Below are positions 1 to 12,031 of a DNA stretch of 64,000 nucleotides, piece by piece. The notes under the pieces are model-generated. The model was given only the letters and a program-made list of their open reading frames with translations. It had not been told where the DNA came from and made no database searches. The stretch lies in the NCBI GenBank assembly GCA_045159875.1, contig CP067995.1, forward strand, positions 768,001 through 832,000, read 5' to 3'. A program made the translations under genes and the position numbers. This DNA is from a cyanobacterium endosymbiont of Rhopalodia gibba. GTDB taxonomy: Bacteria > Cyanobacteriota > Cyanobacteriia > Cyanobacteriales > Microcystaceae. Numbering within the stretch: position 1 is the stretch's first letter; every line of letters begins with the position of its first letter.

Positions 1-99
1 CAGCAGGATGTGTGTCTAACATTAGTGACCAGTCTTTAATCACAAAAGACTTATAGTTAATTAATTAAATTAACTGTTCACTGGCCACTCTTAAGCACT

Positions 100-768
100 T
101 TACAAAGGACCAGAAATCCCTTGTTTGCGGATCATTAAAAAATGCAGCAGCATGAAGACTGCTATTAGCCAGGGGAAAACAAAGGTATGTAAGCTGTAAA
201 AACGCGTTAAGGTGGCTTGTCCTACACTTTGACCACCCCGAAGGAGTTCAACCAATTGATCGCCCACCACGGGAATAGCTGCAGGAATACCAGAAACTAT
301 GTTAACCGCCCAATAACCAACTTGATCCCAAGGAAGAGAGTAACCTGTTACACCGAAAGAAACGGTAATAACAGCTAAGACAACCCCAGTAATCCAAGTT
401 AACTCACGAGGCTTTTTAAAACCACCAGTCAAGTAAACACGGAAGACATGGAGGATCATCATCAATACCATCATACTCGCAGACCAGCGATGGACTGAAC
501 GTATCAGCCAACCGAAGTTAACCTCGTCCATAATATATTTAACTGAAGAAAAGGCTTCAACAACCGTTGGTTTGTAATAAAACGTCATGGCAAATCCAGT
601 AGCAAACTGGACTAAGAAGCAAACTAAGGTAATTCCACCCAAACAGTAGAAAATGTTTACATGGGGAGGAACGTATTTAGTGGTGATGTCGTCGGAAATT
701 GCCTGAATCTCAAGACGATCATCAAACCACTTATAAAGGGGAGAATCTGTAACTTGTTTGGAGAACAT
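100..768 (-). CDS. petB: cytochrome b6
   Basis: 222 aa; [32 protein letters not shown] heme ligands, C-terminal [10 protein letters not shown]. Confidence 0.98.
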   Translation of the reverse strand: MFSKQVTDSPLYKWFDDRLEIQAISDDITTKYVPPHVNIFYCLGGITLVCFLVQFATGFAMTFYYKPTVVEAFSSVKYIMDEVNFGWLIRSVHRWSASMMVLMMILHVFRVYLTGGFKKPRELTWITGVVLAVITVSFGVTGYSLPWDQVGYWAVNIVSGIPAAIPVVGDQLVELLRGGQSVGQATLTRFYSLHTFVFPWLIAVFMLLHFLMIRKQGISGPL

Positions 769-974
769 TGAAGCTATAATTCGCTATCGTAAATAAATGA
801 TCAAGGGTTGATTTGCTTGACTCCTTCAGTGAGATACTCCATAGAGAAAGTCAATGTTGGCGACATGGAGAAAACAAAACACCTCATTAGAAAATCTAAC
901 ACACTACTTTCCATTGTGTTCACTGCGATCTTTATCTAAAAGGATAGATTAACATCTTACGTCAAAACTCTTTA

Positions 975-1720
975 ACTAGTGTTTTTTCTGATTCTTTAGC
1001 TGCATCCTGAAAAGGTAACAAAACTAGCTCAGCGCCACTTCATTTGAAAATTTTTATCTCACTATGGATATGGATAGTTAAAGAAATTTATTTTTGACAT
1101 TATCGCTATTGTAGGGTAGGGAGTAAATTGATTCCTACGCGTTATCTAGGCAAGACACTGACTATTCATTTCGGCTTAGGCAATGACAAAGTGGAGGTAG
1201 ATTGTAAATTTTTCACTATATTCTCTTAAATCAAACGAGATAATATCCACTGGAAGAATATATACTCCGTCTAAATCTCTCAATTTCTCTATTAGTAATT
1301 ATGAGTCAATTTTTCTAACTTGGATAAGATTAAACATAGTCATTCATTCTGATGATATGGGAGTCGATAATCATATAAGTAAACACCCTCATAGTAATTA
1401 ATCCCACTGGGGCCATCAACCCTGAAATATCGTAATATGATTTGAACTGACCCTTAAACTTGCTAAAATTGAAAAAAAATTACTATAACAGGTTATTTTG
1501 TGGAGTAACTGGGGTCAAATATAACGGGGGAACAAAGTAACTACCAGGAAAAACTCTCCTTCCTTCAACAATACTGTAATACTATTAGGATTTCTCAGTC
1601 TAATAATGACTGCTCATCACTGCTAAAAGCTGTTAGAACAATCATGACAAGAACAATTTCAATATCCTGAACGTGTCAATATCCCTAGGGAAATTTATCC
1701 ACCATGTAGGGAATTAATTT
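975..1720 (-). pseudogene. CPA2-family cation:proton antiporter remnant (KefB/C-like, TrkA-N C-terminus)
   Basis: Manual minus-strand translation gives broken fragments FSILASLRVSSNHIT, VGLITMRVFTYMIIDSHII and ISLTIHIHSEIKIFK*SGAELVLLPFQDAAKESEKTL, resembling the CPA2 TM end and C-terminus; many stops and frameshifts; boundaries approximate. Confidence 0.6.
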
Positions 1721-2152
1721 CCCGTTTATTCAGCAAACAATTCAACAATGAATGATGGTGTTTAGACAAGTTAAGTTAATAGCTACATAAAATTTCTCCC
1801 ATCCCTGATACTGGTTCCACCGCAAAAATTTTGTGTAGTTCAATTTATACGTAAATAATAAACGATAAACGCCATAATTTATGGTTTATATAACCGAAAA
1901 GATAATGCCATATTTTTTGTATATATCATTGAAATACAACAATTTTTTTATAAAAAATTATTAAAGCTGATTATAAATGAAATATTTTAATTTTCTATTA
2001 GAATATTCCAAAATATTAGTCTACTCTCTATTCTAAAGAATGGTCACTGAAACGATAGAAAAAACGGTGAGGAAAAATAATCCAATTGGGTGAGGTTTTT
2101 TGTCGTTATATTTTTTATTTTGGTAGAAAGAAGAAAATCTTAAATAAGAAGT

Positions 2153-2611
2153 ATGCATTTATCTATGAGACAGAATATTTTTTTTACGCTGGCTATCGCT
2201 GCTCCCTTTATGTTCACGAGTCCGGTTTTAGCTGGAAATCCAGCTCATATTCAACGGTTGCTAACGACTAACGAATGTATCGGGTGCGACCTTTCGAATG
2301 AAGACTTAAGATTTGCTCATTTAATTGGAGCAGATTTAAGGGATGCTAATCTATCAGGGTCAACCCTAATCGAAGCTAACCTAGAAGGGGCGGACATGAC
2401 AGGGGCTAACCTTAAAGGATCTAACCTAACCGAAGCAATAGTTACTAATGCAAGTTTAAACGATTCGAATTTAGATAATGTAAACTTCACCCGAGCAATG
2501 ATTTATGATGCTGATGTGACAGGCGCGTCCATGAACAACCTAGATTTAACTAGCGCTCAAATCTTTGACACAGCTATTGGAATTGGTGGACAAGACCCCG
2601 CCTTTGATTAA
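2153..2611 (+). CDS. pentapeptide repeat protein with signal peptide
   Basis: Signal-like N-terminus, HIQRLLTTNECIGCDLS cap, A(D/N)LxG repeats. Confidence 0.9.
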   Translation: MHLSMRQNIFFTLAIAAPFMFTSPVLAGNPAHIQRLLTTNECIGCDLSNEDLRFAHLIGADLRDANLSGSTLIEANLEGADMTGANLKGSNLTEAIVTNASLNDSNLDNVNFTRAMIYDADVTGASMNNLDLTSAQIFDTAIGIGGQDPAFD

Positions 2612-2649
2612 AAATGGTAGGCGAGGGAAATTCAGCTGTAATAGTTGTT

Positions 2650-5590
2650 TATATCAAAAAAAACACCAGCTAACAATGTAGACATTAGTGTTCTGTGTGT
2701 CTCGTGTTATCTTTTCAAGATAAACTACGTTTAGATTGAAAGGGTGTCGTAGGTCCCAGAGTCAATGTTATGTGTGGACCCAAGCTTTATCGGGCTAAGC
2801 TCAATAATTGCCCTATAAAAAAATTGATTGACCTATGCTAAATTTCAAGAATGTCGTAAAAAGATATCAATCTGGGTGAACATAATTTTTGTTTAGTACC
2901 GGACAGATATCATTTCATGCTTTGAAAGAAGTCTTTTAAACATACGCTACACGCAACAAAATCATTCCCAACGCGCCTAAAATAGGCAAAAGTACGATGA
3001 ATAGGATATAGGATAATAGTAAAGTCAAAGTAACCTTCATACTGAGCAACTAACGTCAAAAATACCGTTGTAACAGTAAAGTTAAAAACGATAGTAGCCA
3101 CTCCTCCAGAGGTTTTCTCCTCAACGTCGGTAATTTGTCCATTCATAACTAAAGCTAAGCTGTAGGGTTGCGTTGACTACTGCTTCCATCGCTTGGATAA
3201 TTTGACCGGAACTATACCCAAGAAAAAGATTCAAAACTAATTTAATGGCAGGATAAGTCTTGTATTGGTTAATAATTGGGGTATAGGTAGTTAAAGTTGG
3301 GGTGACAATGTCGCTTTATTGAACCGTTTCACCATCACGCGATTACAAAATGTCCAATGTTTTGAAAGTTTGTCCGTACATCTGCTTAAGCTTTGGCATA
3401 AACCCAATAGAGACAATTTTTATACACAAATTGATTGACCAAATGTGGCTAGATAAATATTTGAATAGTTTGCAAGATTTATTTAATAGCTATATTCTGC
3501 GCCTTGATTTTTTTTCGATTAATATTTATGGTAATCAAGCTACTATCAATAGTAAACAAGATAAAAGTAAATACAATTTTTAGTTATTTATTAGCTGTAG
3601 TTATCACAACTTTAATATGACTAATTAAGGCTAACATTTCTTATAGCTGATTATCTTAAATAGAGATTTCTAAGCCATTAGATTTACTCAAGCCATCTAC
3701 TGAGAAGATATTAACTACTAACGTATATGTATCTGTCATCTTTTCTTTTTGTATAGATTTTATTTAGATCTTTCGTAATACTCAAAACTTGACTTTTCGC
3801 TCTAGGACAGTTTTCCTAAGATTACGACTTGACATAGTGATTAGGTTTATTGGTATTTTTCCCTTCAAAATAAAATCCGTATGATCAGTATTAGGAATAA
3901 TTATGAATAATTTTTGTTGTTTGTTAATCAATTTGATCAGTGTAGTTGAGAGAGACTTCTAGGAAAGCTTATAGAATTTAAAAGAAATACTCCTGGTCTT
4001 CAGCTCAAATAAATCCTGATAGCAGGGTTTAGTACATCTATGCCCTGGCAATTGACTCTGTGGGAAACAAGGCCATAACTACAATACAAATATTAGGTTA
4101 AAAAATTGGTAAAGTAACGATAGCTTTTTCTGATTATTTTTCTAATTAGATCAAATACTTAGTTTTTTTAAAAAACATCGCCAATGGACCATGTTTATCT
4201 TCGAAAGCGTTCAGCAAGATGGCTTACATAATAGGGACAAAGCGTTAAACGGCGAAAAAGACACTGCAAAGATAATTGTCATGCTAGACCAACGGTAAAC
4301 TACTTCTGTTATCCTAGAAAAAAAAGTCACAGGGATAAAAACTACCATCAATACTGCCAAGGTGAAAATAGTCGCCTCAAATAATTTATCTATAGGAGTC
4401 TATCACTGCTTACATAGGACGTATTCTTTAGAACAATTTATTAGGAACTGCTTCCACACTTGGTATCTCGTCGTTTATCACCAATCCTTTTTCTAAAACA
4501 CAGACAAATCAACTTAACTGGTTAAGGGTATAGCTAAAAGTATTTAAAACGATCATCGCCCCGACTAACACGACTAAAATAACAGTCCCGGAAATGACGG
4601 TTATCTGACAATCCTGTAGGAAAACCAATATAACTAGGATTATTAGGATAATTGCTTGCAAAAAAGTAATAAGTAAATTTTTAATCGAAGTATTAACAAA
4701 CAACCTATTATTAAGACCAATAATAACTTTTAACCCAAGGAGAAAACTCGGTTCCGATTTCCTAATTCTTGTTTTAGCAGCTTATGCAGTTCCTAGAGTG
4801 TTAGTTCCAGGTAACTGATAAATAAAGCAATTCCAGAGTTGCCATCCACATTAACCAATGTATCGTAGTTTTCTATTCCTAGTTCAGCTCATCTCACATC
4901 TTTAGCGTCTTATTTCCCTTAAAGAAATTTCGAAATGTGGATTAGAATGTCATTTTCTCCCACCTTCACTATCATATTTTTGGTTTTCGCTACAATTGTA
5001 AATTGTTGCTTGGATGGATATATATAGTTGTTCTCCAATTCTTTCTATGGCGGTATCAGAATTTTATCCATCGACAACATCAATTGTAGTTGGTCCTCTA
5101 GCAACTAATTCACCAGGATGAAGTTGAATTCGTATGACATATTTAGTTTCTCCAAGCAGACTAACAAAATCTCCCCCTGACAAATCTTTCATTTCATTCT
5201 AGATGGTAGTGATAGTGATCTATTGAGTTATAAAGAAAGGTTTTATCCTAGAGATATTCTCCGTTTGCCCCTTTGTCGGAGTGGAAAACATAAATCAGGG
5301 CAATACTCAGAGACTGTCTATCTATTATTGTAACCTCTGCTTGGCTCATTACAGAAGGTAAATTCAACACTCCCTGCAAGACTTTCTTCTGCACTAATAC
5401 TTGAGAGGTATTTAGGTCTATCTCTGTCGGAAAAATTACATTCTAGATATTACTCGGTGTAAGAATTAATTCATCTCACTTGTTCGGTTTTGTTGATTTT
5501 CCGTCCAGGCACGATCATAAAATTACTTTCTATGGTTTTGGTATCTGCACCAATGTAATTTAGAGAGAATTTATATCTACTTTTTCTTCG
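2650..5590 (-). pseudogene. AcrB/HAE1-family RND efflux permease pseudogene
   Basis: Collinear fragments over ~3 kb: YIGADTKTIE, ELGIENY, QLPGTNTL, IILVILVFLQD...YTLNQLS*, GYSSGQIIQAMEAV, EEKTSGG..VFLTLVAQYEGYFD; ORFs 2910-3146 and 4509-4703 are pieces of it. Confidence 0.85.
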
Positions 5591-5598
5591 GAGTTTTA

Positions 5599-5833
5599 TT
5601 GGTTTTTATATACAAAAGTTTTTTTGACCTTTTTTCCTTGTCAATTTTAAAAAGAGCTATGACAAGTCGTCTGGTCTATTTTAATTTCACAATTTTAAAA
5701 ACATTGGGTTGTGGAGATATCACTCCGACTAATTCCTTTTCTAGGACTTTAACCAATGTTGAAGTATTAGTTGGGATAAATATGTCCTGCTGTTGTTATT
5801 ACTAAATTAGTTGGCTTTTATCAAGTTGGTTAA
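5599..5833 (+). pseudogene. two-TM potassium channel (Ion_trans_2-type) 3' fragment
   Basis: LVYFNFTILKTLGCGDITPTNSFSRTLTNVEVLVG matches the pore motif YFSFTTLTTLGYGDI with GYGD changed to GCGD; 5' part missing, frameshift near 3' end. Confidence 0.75.
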
Positions 5834-5988
5834 TAAATAGTTTATCAGAAATATCGGGCAAAGATTCTGTCTGAGAATACCATCATAAGCACTTATATTC
5901 TTTAGATTCTGATGAAGTCTCGACCAATTAATAAAGCACGTAGTACTGTACATTGGTTTAACTTTTTTTACAAAACAAATAATTATAA

Positions 5989-6061
5989 CGGGTGTGACAG
6001 GACTCGAACCTGTAACCTACGACTTAGAAGGTCGGTGCTCTATCCATTGAGCTACACACCC
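5989..6061 (-). tRNA. trnR-UCU: tRNA-Arg (anticodon TCT)
   Basis: Reverse complement GGGTGTG TA GCTC AATGGATA GAGC A CCGAC CT-TCT-AA GTCGT AGGTT ACAGG TTCGAGT CCTGT CACACCC G; cloverleaf with TTCGA loop; CCA not encoded. Confidence 0.95.
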
Positions 6062-6189
6062 ATGAAGTTTATTATAACCGCCTAATAATTGTATACCTTC
6101 TGTTACTGATAACGCCAACTCTAAAAGTCATTAATTTTAAAACTCAGAGTTTTATGATATATTCCCCCACAATATTCTTTAGTTTAGGA

Positions 6190-6867
6190 TTAAAAGTCAA
6201 ATTCATTTAGCCTCTTCTGTAACATTTGCGGAAATTTGGCATAATATTTCTGATTTAGAGGAGATGGATGGGGTAAAGGGAGTAAAGTTACTTGTCGTCG
6301 GTGTTGCATACCCAAAGTATCAATCGCGCGGAGAGTGACAGGCAATTTATTTTCATAGCGATCACTCCGTTGGAAAAATTCATTGACTTCCCCTTTATCT
6401 CCATAGGGAATAAACCACTTAAACGCCTCGGTTCCTAAGGTAATAATTTGATTTCCTTGCCAGTGAATGACTAATAATTTTTCGATAAAGGGACGGAAAC
6501 GATTTTTAACTTCAGTAATATAAGCTTTATTGTCAGGAGGTTTATAGGGGACAGTATTGGTGAGAAGAACTCGAGTACAGACGTTTTGCAACTCCTGTTG
6601 AGTTTTCGCTTGTTGATGATGCATCGCCGAGTAAAACCCTTGACGAACTAAGGTGCCTGCGGCACCAATTAAAGGTTGTCCCATATGAACTTCATCTCGT
6701 CCAAGATCTCGTCCAAAAAAACAGATCTGACTTTTGAGGTTTCCTGCATACAAAATAGGTCGAGTGGGATCTTTATCAGCCGCTTTATAAACAGTGGTAT
6801 CAATGGGAAACGGTTTTCGTTTAGCTTCTTGATGAATTTGAACGATCAAGGTTTCAATATCTGACAT
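6190..6867 (-). CDS. uracil-DNA glycosylase superfamily protein
   Basis: GRDLGRDE..GQPLIGAAG, LTNTVPYKPP, IITLG and LPHPSP motifs. Confidence 0.85.
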   Translation of the reverse strand: MSDIETLIVQIHQEAKRKPFPIDTTVYKAADKDPTRPILYAGNLKSQICFFGRDLGRDEVHMGQPLIGAAGTLVRQGFYSAMHHQQAKTQQELQNVCTRVLLTNTVPYKPPDNKAYITEVKNRFRPFIEKLLVIHWQGNQIITLGTEAFKWFIPYGDKGEVNEFFQRSDRYENKLPVTLRAIDTLGMQHRRQVTLLPLPHPSPLNQKYYAKFPQMLQKRLNEFDF

Positions 6868-7640
6868 TAATTCATTTAATCTGTGGTTACAGCAATCAGT
6901 ACGATAGCATTATTTGTGACCAGTAAACTTTGCTACTAAAGTAGATAAATCTAAATAAATGTTAAGAAAGTAACTTATTTTGAGTTTTTATATTCAAGTA
7001 ATTACAGTGTTTTAATTTAATTACAATTAACCTGTTTGGGAACTATTGATATCTATTTGATAGATATTTTATTTGACTGTTTGTACTAAGTTGTATTTAT
7101 CTTAAAATATTTTTACAAAAACTTGCTATTACTTTACTTCTACTTTTTAGGTGGGAACAAAAAAATAGCAAAAAATATAAATATAACTCTTTTCATTTTC
7201 GTTAATTTAGTTAATCTCTAATTAAATTATCTGTAACCACTAAATTATGATGAATACTAATGTTAGCTGTTATGAAAAGTTTTTTAGTGGTTTAAGCATA
7301 AAAAAGACAAGTTGCTATCGGATTTATTACTTCTATAAATAAAATCATCCCTATCTCATTTAAAATCTGATAATGGGCCATAGTAAATGCTTTGAAAGTT
7401 GGAATACCACTGATTAAACTGAGTTGAGCATTTGATACGATCAGTATCAATCAAGTGAGAATTATGAGTCTAACATAATTTAGTTTAAATGGAAAACTTG
7501 CTACTATTCTATTTATAGAACAAATATAGCCTTTGATAAGCTTATGATCTATAATCATACTCTGTACTTTATGTGTTTAATTTGTACATAATAGGTTCGA
7601 TAGAGCTAAATTTTACCTAATACCTTTCCATGGAATTTAA

Positions 7641-8318
7641 CTAGTAAATGGACTGAACTTGTCCTCCTTTTAATGTTAGAATACCCTGGGCAAACTGTTT
7701 AACACATTTCTTTTGATGATTCACCATAATTATAGTAGTTTTCTCTGTTTTATTCGAATTAATTAAAGTTTCTATTAATTGCTGAGCACGATCACTATCT
7801 AAAGCTGAGGTGGGCTCATCTAATAATAAAAGTTTAGGTTTCATCATTAACCCCCGCATAATACTTACTAATTGTCGCTGTCCTAAAGATAATTGTAATT
7901 CATTTCGAGTTAACCAATCATCAGGGATGGAAAGTTGTGATTGCCATGTATCAATTGCCTGTTCAATCTCTAATTTAGATAACTGTTGCAATACTAAAGG
8001 ATAAGCAAGGGTTTCTTCGACAGTCATCCCTAATAATTTTGGCTCTTGGGGAACTAGAACAATTTGTTGACGGAGTTTAACAATAGAAAGATTACAGAGA
8101 GGTTCAGAATCCCATTCAATTAACCCTGATGTAGGGTCTTGTAAACGGTTAATTAGCCGTAATAGAGTAGTTTTTCCCGCACCAGAAGGACCGACAATTG
8201 CTAAGCGATCACTCTGATTTACTTGAAAAGAAATATTAGTTAATAACTTATTTTCTTTCCTAAAATCAGTTAAACTAACCTCGGATAATTTTAATAATGG
8301 ATTTGATTTATAGTTCAT
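7641..8318 (-). CDS. ABC transporter ATP-binding protein
   Basis: Walker A GPSGAGKT, signature LSLGQRQ, Walker B LLLLDEPT. Confidence 0.9.
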   Translation of the reverse strand: MNYKSNPLLKLSEVSLTDFRKENKLLTNISFQVNQSDRLAIVGPSGAGKTTLLRLINRLQDPTSGLIEWDSEPLCNLSIVKLRQQIVLVPQEPKLLGMTVEETLAYPLVLQQLSKLEIEQAIDTWQSQLSIPDDWLTRNELQLSLGQRQLVSIMRGLMMKPKLLLLDEPTSALDSDRAQQLIETLINSNKTEKTTIIMVNHQKKCVKQFAQGILTLKGGQVQSIY

Positions 8319-8369
8319 AACTTATTAAATGTAGAAGTTATTTAATTGGGGTAGTTATTTATTTTTTAC

Positions 8370-8995
8370 TTATCTATCTTGAATCATTCCAGAAACACTT
8401 TTCACAAAGACTAATATTGCTTGGGAAGTTACAATAATATCCCGTTCTTCTCTTCCTAAATATAACCGACCAAAACTCACTATAGCCGAAACCTAAAAAA
8501 TATTAATTAAAGCGGCTTTTTCTGCCTCATTAGCTGCTAAAGACGCAGAATTAGTTGGTTTGACTTCTAAAATATAAAGAGTTTGTCTGGCTAATAACAT
8601 ATTTTACCCGTCGGTTACGATTGACTAATTGTGCTTAATATCAATCGATGTTACGAATAATTTAACTGGAAACGACCTTATATTTCAAACAATCGTATCG
8701 ATTAACGCCTAAAGTATCTAAAATTGTTTTTTTATAGCTTTTACCTCTCCTTGATTAGTGGAATAAATTTCGAGAAGTCCATAAAGATGTTCGAAAAATT
8801 GCACTTCAGGATTAACTACAGCAGACTTAAAAGCGACATCTGTAACGCGGTTAATTTCAATTCCTGGAGGGATTAAAATCCATAGTGAAGCATCCCTAAG
8901 GAAAAGTGAAAACCTAACGCTACCGCACCAATGTAGGCGGCGTATTGAAGTTGTAATCGGTCTAAATAAACATAGCTGCGTAATTCGACTCTCAA
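8370..8995 (-). pseudogene. ccmP: carboxysome shell tandem-BMC protein CcmP pseudogene
   Basis: Fragments [92 protein letters not shown] match CcmP; interrupted by frameshifts and stops. Confidence 0.9.
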
Positions 8996-9264
8996 AGTGA
9001 GATTATTCAATGTTTTTTATTAATCTTTATAAAGACACCTCAAATAAATTAACATAAGACTAGTAAAATAAGGAGATTACAGATTTTACATAATAAATTA
9101 TTTTGCTTTTCTAGATTGAAATAGTTGTAGTCCTCTAAGTTAAATCGCTATTTAATTTTAATTAGAAGTAAAATACTTATATCAATAATATAAATTTTTA
9201 TGTTGATAATTCTTGGAATTTTCTTGATTTTCTCTGTTGGTTAACCAAGTAAAGCTCAAAAAAA

Positions 9265-9320
9265 AAGTTTGTAAAATGTGTTCACTTTATCTTAATAAAG
9301 TGAACACATTTTACAAACTT
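9265..9320. repeat. perfect inverted repeat, 26-bp arms, 4-nt spacer
   Basis: AAGTTTGTAAAATGTGTTCACTTTAT-ctta-ATAAAGTGAACACATTTTACAAACTT. Confidence 0.95.
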
Positions 9321-9949
9321 AAATTAGTTGTTAATTTGCTCAATAAATCAGCATCAATATAAGAAATATTAGGCGCGCTTTTATTAAGTCATATGATGGT
9401 CTATATAACCCCAAAGTTTCTTGGAAAACTTGGTCAAACACTACAGATTATTTTAAAAAAAAATCTGTAAAAATAGTTAATCATTAACAATTAGACTTTT
9501 TTATAAACAAGATATCGGACTTTTTTTGTGTCAGGTTAATTAGGAAATAATTAATAATTGATAAAACAATTTATCTGAGTCTATCAACTAGAGAATTTTC
9601 ATCAATCTTAAATTGATTTTAAAAATACTATCAACATAGTATACTATTAGGTTTTTTTAAAATTGATATTATTTAATATAATCATTGCAAAAATTAGAAA
9701 ACTTACTAATATCCTTGTCGTAGTTACGATGCTAACTGTATCCAAATTACAAACATAAATAGTAATTAAATTGTAAATAAAAACCCGTAACAGACTAAAT
9801 TTTTCTGTGTTTATTGAATGGTTATAGTTAGTTTAATAAAAATTAACATCATGATACTTGTCTAAAGCTAGGTATTTATCCCCCATCCATTTTATTAGAA
9901 AGTATTCACTACAAATGCAACATTAATAATTGTAGTAATATTCATTGAT

Positions 9950-10371
9950 CGAAGATAAACACCAATAAAAAAAATTACCAACTATTATTATTTTGAGGAA
10001 ATAATTTTCAGAATAGTCTTCAACTCAAAATTAAGCTAAATTATGGGAATTATAATGGTAAAAATTGCTAAAACTTCATCGAAAGAAAAGTCCCCATACA
10101 GTTTGAGCTACACTACTAATGGCTAAACTGTAAACCATCTTACTTAGATAGGAATGTTCTCTATATGATGGGTAAAACTTGATAAATAGCAAAATCAATT
10201 AAACCCAGATAAATCAATCCCTCTATCAAAATTTATAACTCGCGTTATAAATCAAGACCTCTCTCAAAAAAAGTTTTATAGATCTCCTCCATGGTCATAT
10301 CATTAACTGAAGCGACATTTACTACACAATAAGTACCAAAAGCGACAATATTAGCAGTAATGCCAACTCAT
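9950..10371 (-). pseudogene. TspO/MBR-like tryptophan-rich sensory membrane protein remnant
   Basis: Fragments VASVNDMTMEEIYKTFF and GLIYLGLIDFAIYQVLP resemble the cyanobacterial TspO-like family (IWGLIYLGLISFAIYQALP); multiple stops. Confidence 0.6.
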
Positions 10372-10413
10372 GATCTGACTAAGTCTAGCTTAATTTTCTT
10401 GATTTTTAAGTAT

Positions 10414-10653
10414 TTAGCTCTTAGGATGGCTTCTCGCGTAATAATTCGATGCTACCACTTCAAGCACTTGCCCCGATTTAAATAAAGGAAAAATGCAGTT
10501 GACTCTATTTTCCCAAACTTTATGGGCAATTTCGTAATCAGGACAACTAATGCGATACGTGGAATCAGAGATCACGGAAAAAGAGCAGCCATAAGGGAGA
10601 ATAAAAGACAGAAGCAACTTAAGAGTATTTTGATGTAACTGAGAATAGATCAT
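10414..10653 (-). CDS. small hypothetical protein
   Basis: 79 aa ATG-start ORF with ordinary composition and an upstream purine-rich RBS-like stretch. Confidence 0.55.
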   Translation of the reverse strand: MIYSQLHQNTLKLLLSFILPYGCSFSVISDSTYRISCPDYEIAHKVWENRVNCIFPLFKSGQVLEVVASNYYARSHPKS

Positions 10654-11383
10654 ATAACTTTATAGTTTGTTTTCCTGGCCCTTTTAGACTAAGTATGATC
10701 AATCAGCCGCCAATAACTTCCTAAACCATCATTCTAACTGCATTCTGTAATCCTAAAAATTTGATTTTTCCAAAGACCAAGTTTTTAGAATTTTAGAAAT
10801 CTTACAAAGTACAGAATAAGAATTTTGGCTTGTGTTTGTTATAGCTGTTGTCACAGCTAGTCTGGAAGAGTTATTTTTAAAAACTCCTGCTCGATTCTAT
10901 CAGGTATGTCGTTCCCAATTATCTATCTTTTTATTGAGATATATTAACTTTTCTGTAAGTTAGTTGTTGACAGATTACGTAGGATATACACGTCCAGAAT
11001 AGATAAAGTATTTTTGCTATGACACTAGACAGACTCAAAGTTCGTTTCCTCTAACTACTCTAGTGCCTGGTGGTAACATTTAATAACCCAATGAATCGAA
11101 CGAGCTATTTATAGATTTTTAATCAACTAACATTATTTTTTTAAATTAAAACCTACCTATATTTAAGCTATTTTTAGCATAAATAATAAATACTGTACTC
11201 TTAATATGAGAATTTAGTTATGAAATTTTCAAAAATTATGGAGAAGTTATACTTAGTTATTAATTTATTATCAAGAGTTTTGATAGTTATTTCTTATCTC
11301 AATAATTATTTTTGTTTTAGACAGCTCATATTCAAGTTTTATGGACATAGCCAGACTTACATAGAATTGACCTGTAAGTCTGG

Positions 11384-12031
11384 CTATGTAAGGTTTTCAT
11401 GTTGACTTAACCAAATGATTGCTTCTTTAATCCACTCCTCGCCATTATTATTTTTTGACATTTGATTATTTTTACTCAGAGTAGAAACAGCTTGATCAAT
11501 TTCTTTATTAGTATAACCTAATGCTAATAAAGTCATTTCTAAATCTTCTAGCACCTCTAAGGACGGAATTGCAACAGTAGAAGATAAGGTTATCCCTAAT
11601 AGTTTTTGCCATTGAGAGAGTTTAGTTTTGAGTTCTAAGATGATCCGTTCGGCAGTTTTCTGTCCAACTCCTGGTGTTTTAGATAGAGTCCGAGTGTTAC
11701 CATTAATAATTGCTTGTACTAATTTTTCTAATCCTAAGGTGTCAATTAAGGCGATTGCTAATTGTGCACCAATTCCATTAACATTGATTAGTTGACGGAA
11801 TAATTCTCGTTCAGCCACAGTAGCAAAACCATATAAAATAGGGTAATCATCCTTGATTTGTAGATGGGTAAAAACTAGAATATTTTCTAGTTTGTTGTGA
11901 ACTAATTTTTGGGAAAATTGTGATGAAATTTGTATTTCATAGCCCATATGATTAACTTCTAAGATCAGAAGAGTCTTATTGGGGATAGTATTAATTACTT
12001 CGACTAGATTACCTTTAAGATAACTTAACAC
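11384..12031 (-). CDS. ruvA: Holliday junction branch migration protein RuvA
   Basis: LSYLKG, LYGF..ERELFRQLINVNGIGAQLA, TPGVGQKTAERIILELK, LLALGY. Confidence 0.95.
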   Translation of the reverse strand: MLSYLKGNLVEVINTIPNKTLLILEVNHMGYEIQISSQFSQKLVHNKLENILVFTHLQIKDDYPILYGFATVAERELFRQLINVNGIGAQLAIALIDTLGLEKLVQAIINGNTRTLSKTPGVGQKTAERIILELKTKLSQWQKLLGITLSSTVAIPSLEVLEDLEMTLLALGYTNKEIDQAVSTLSKNNQMSKNNNGEEWIKEAIIWLSQHENLT

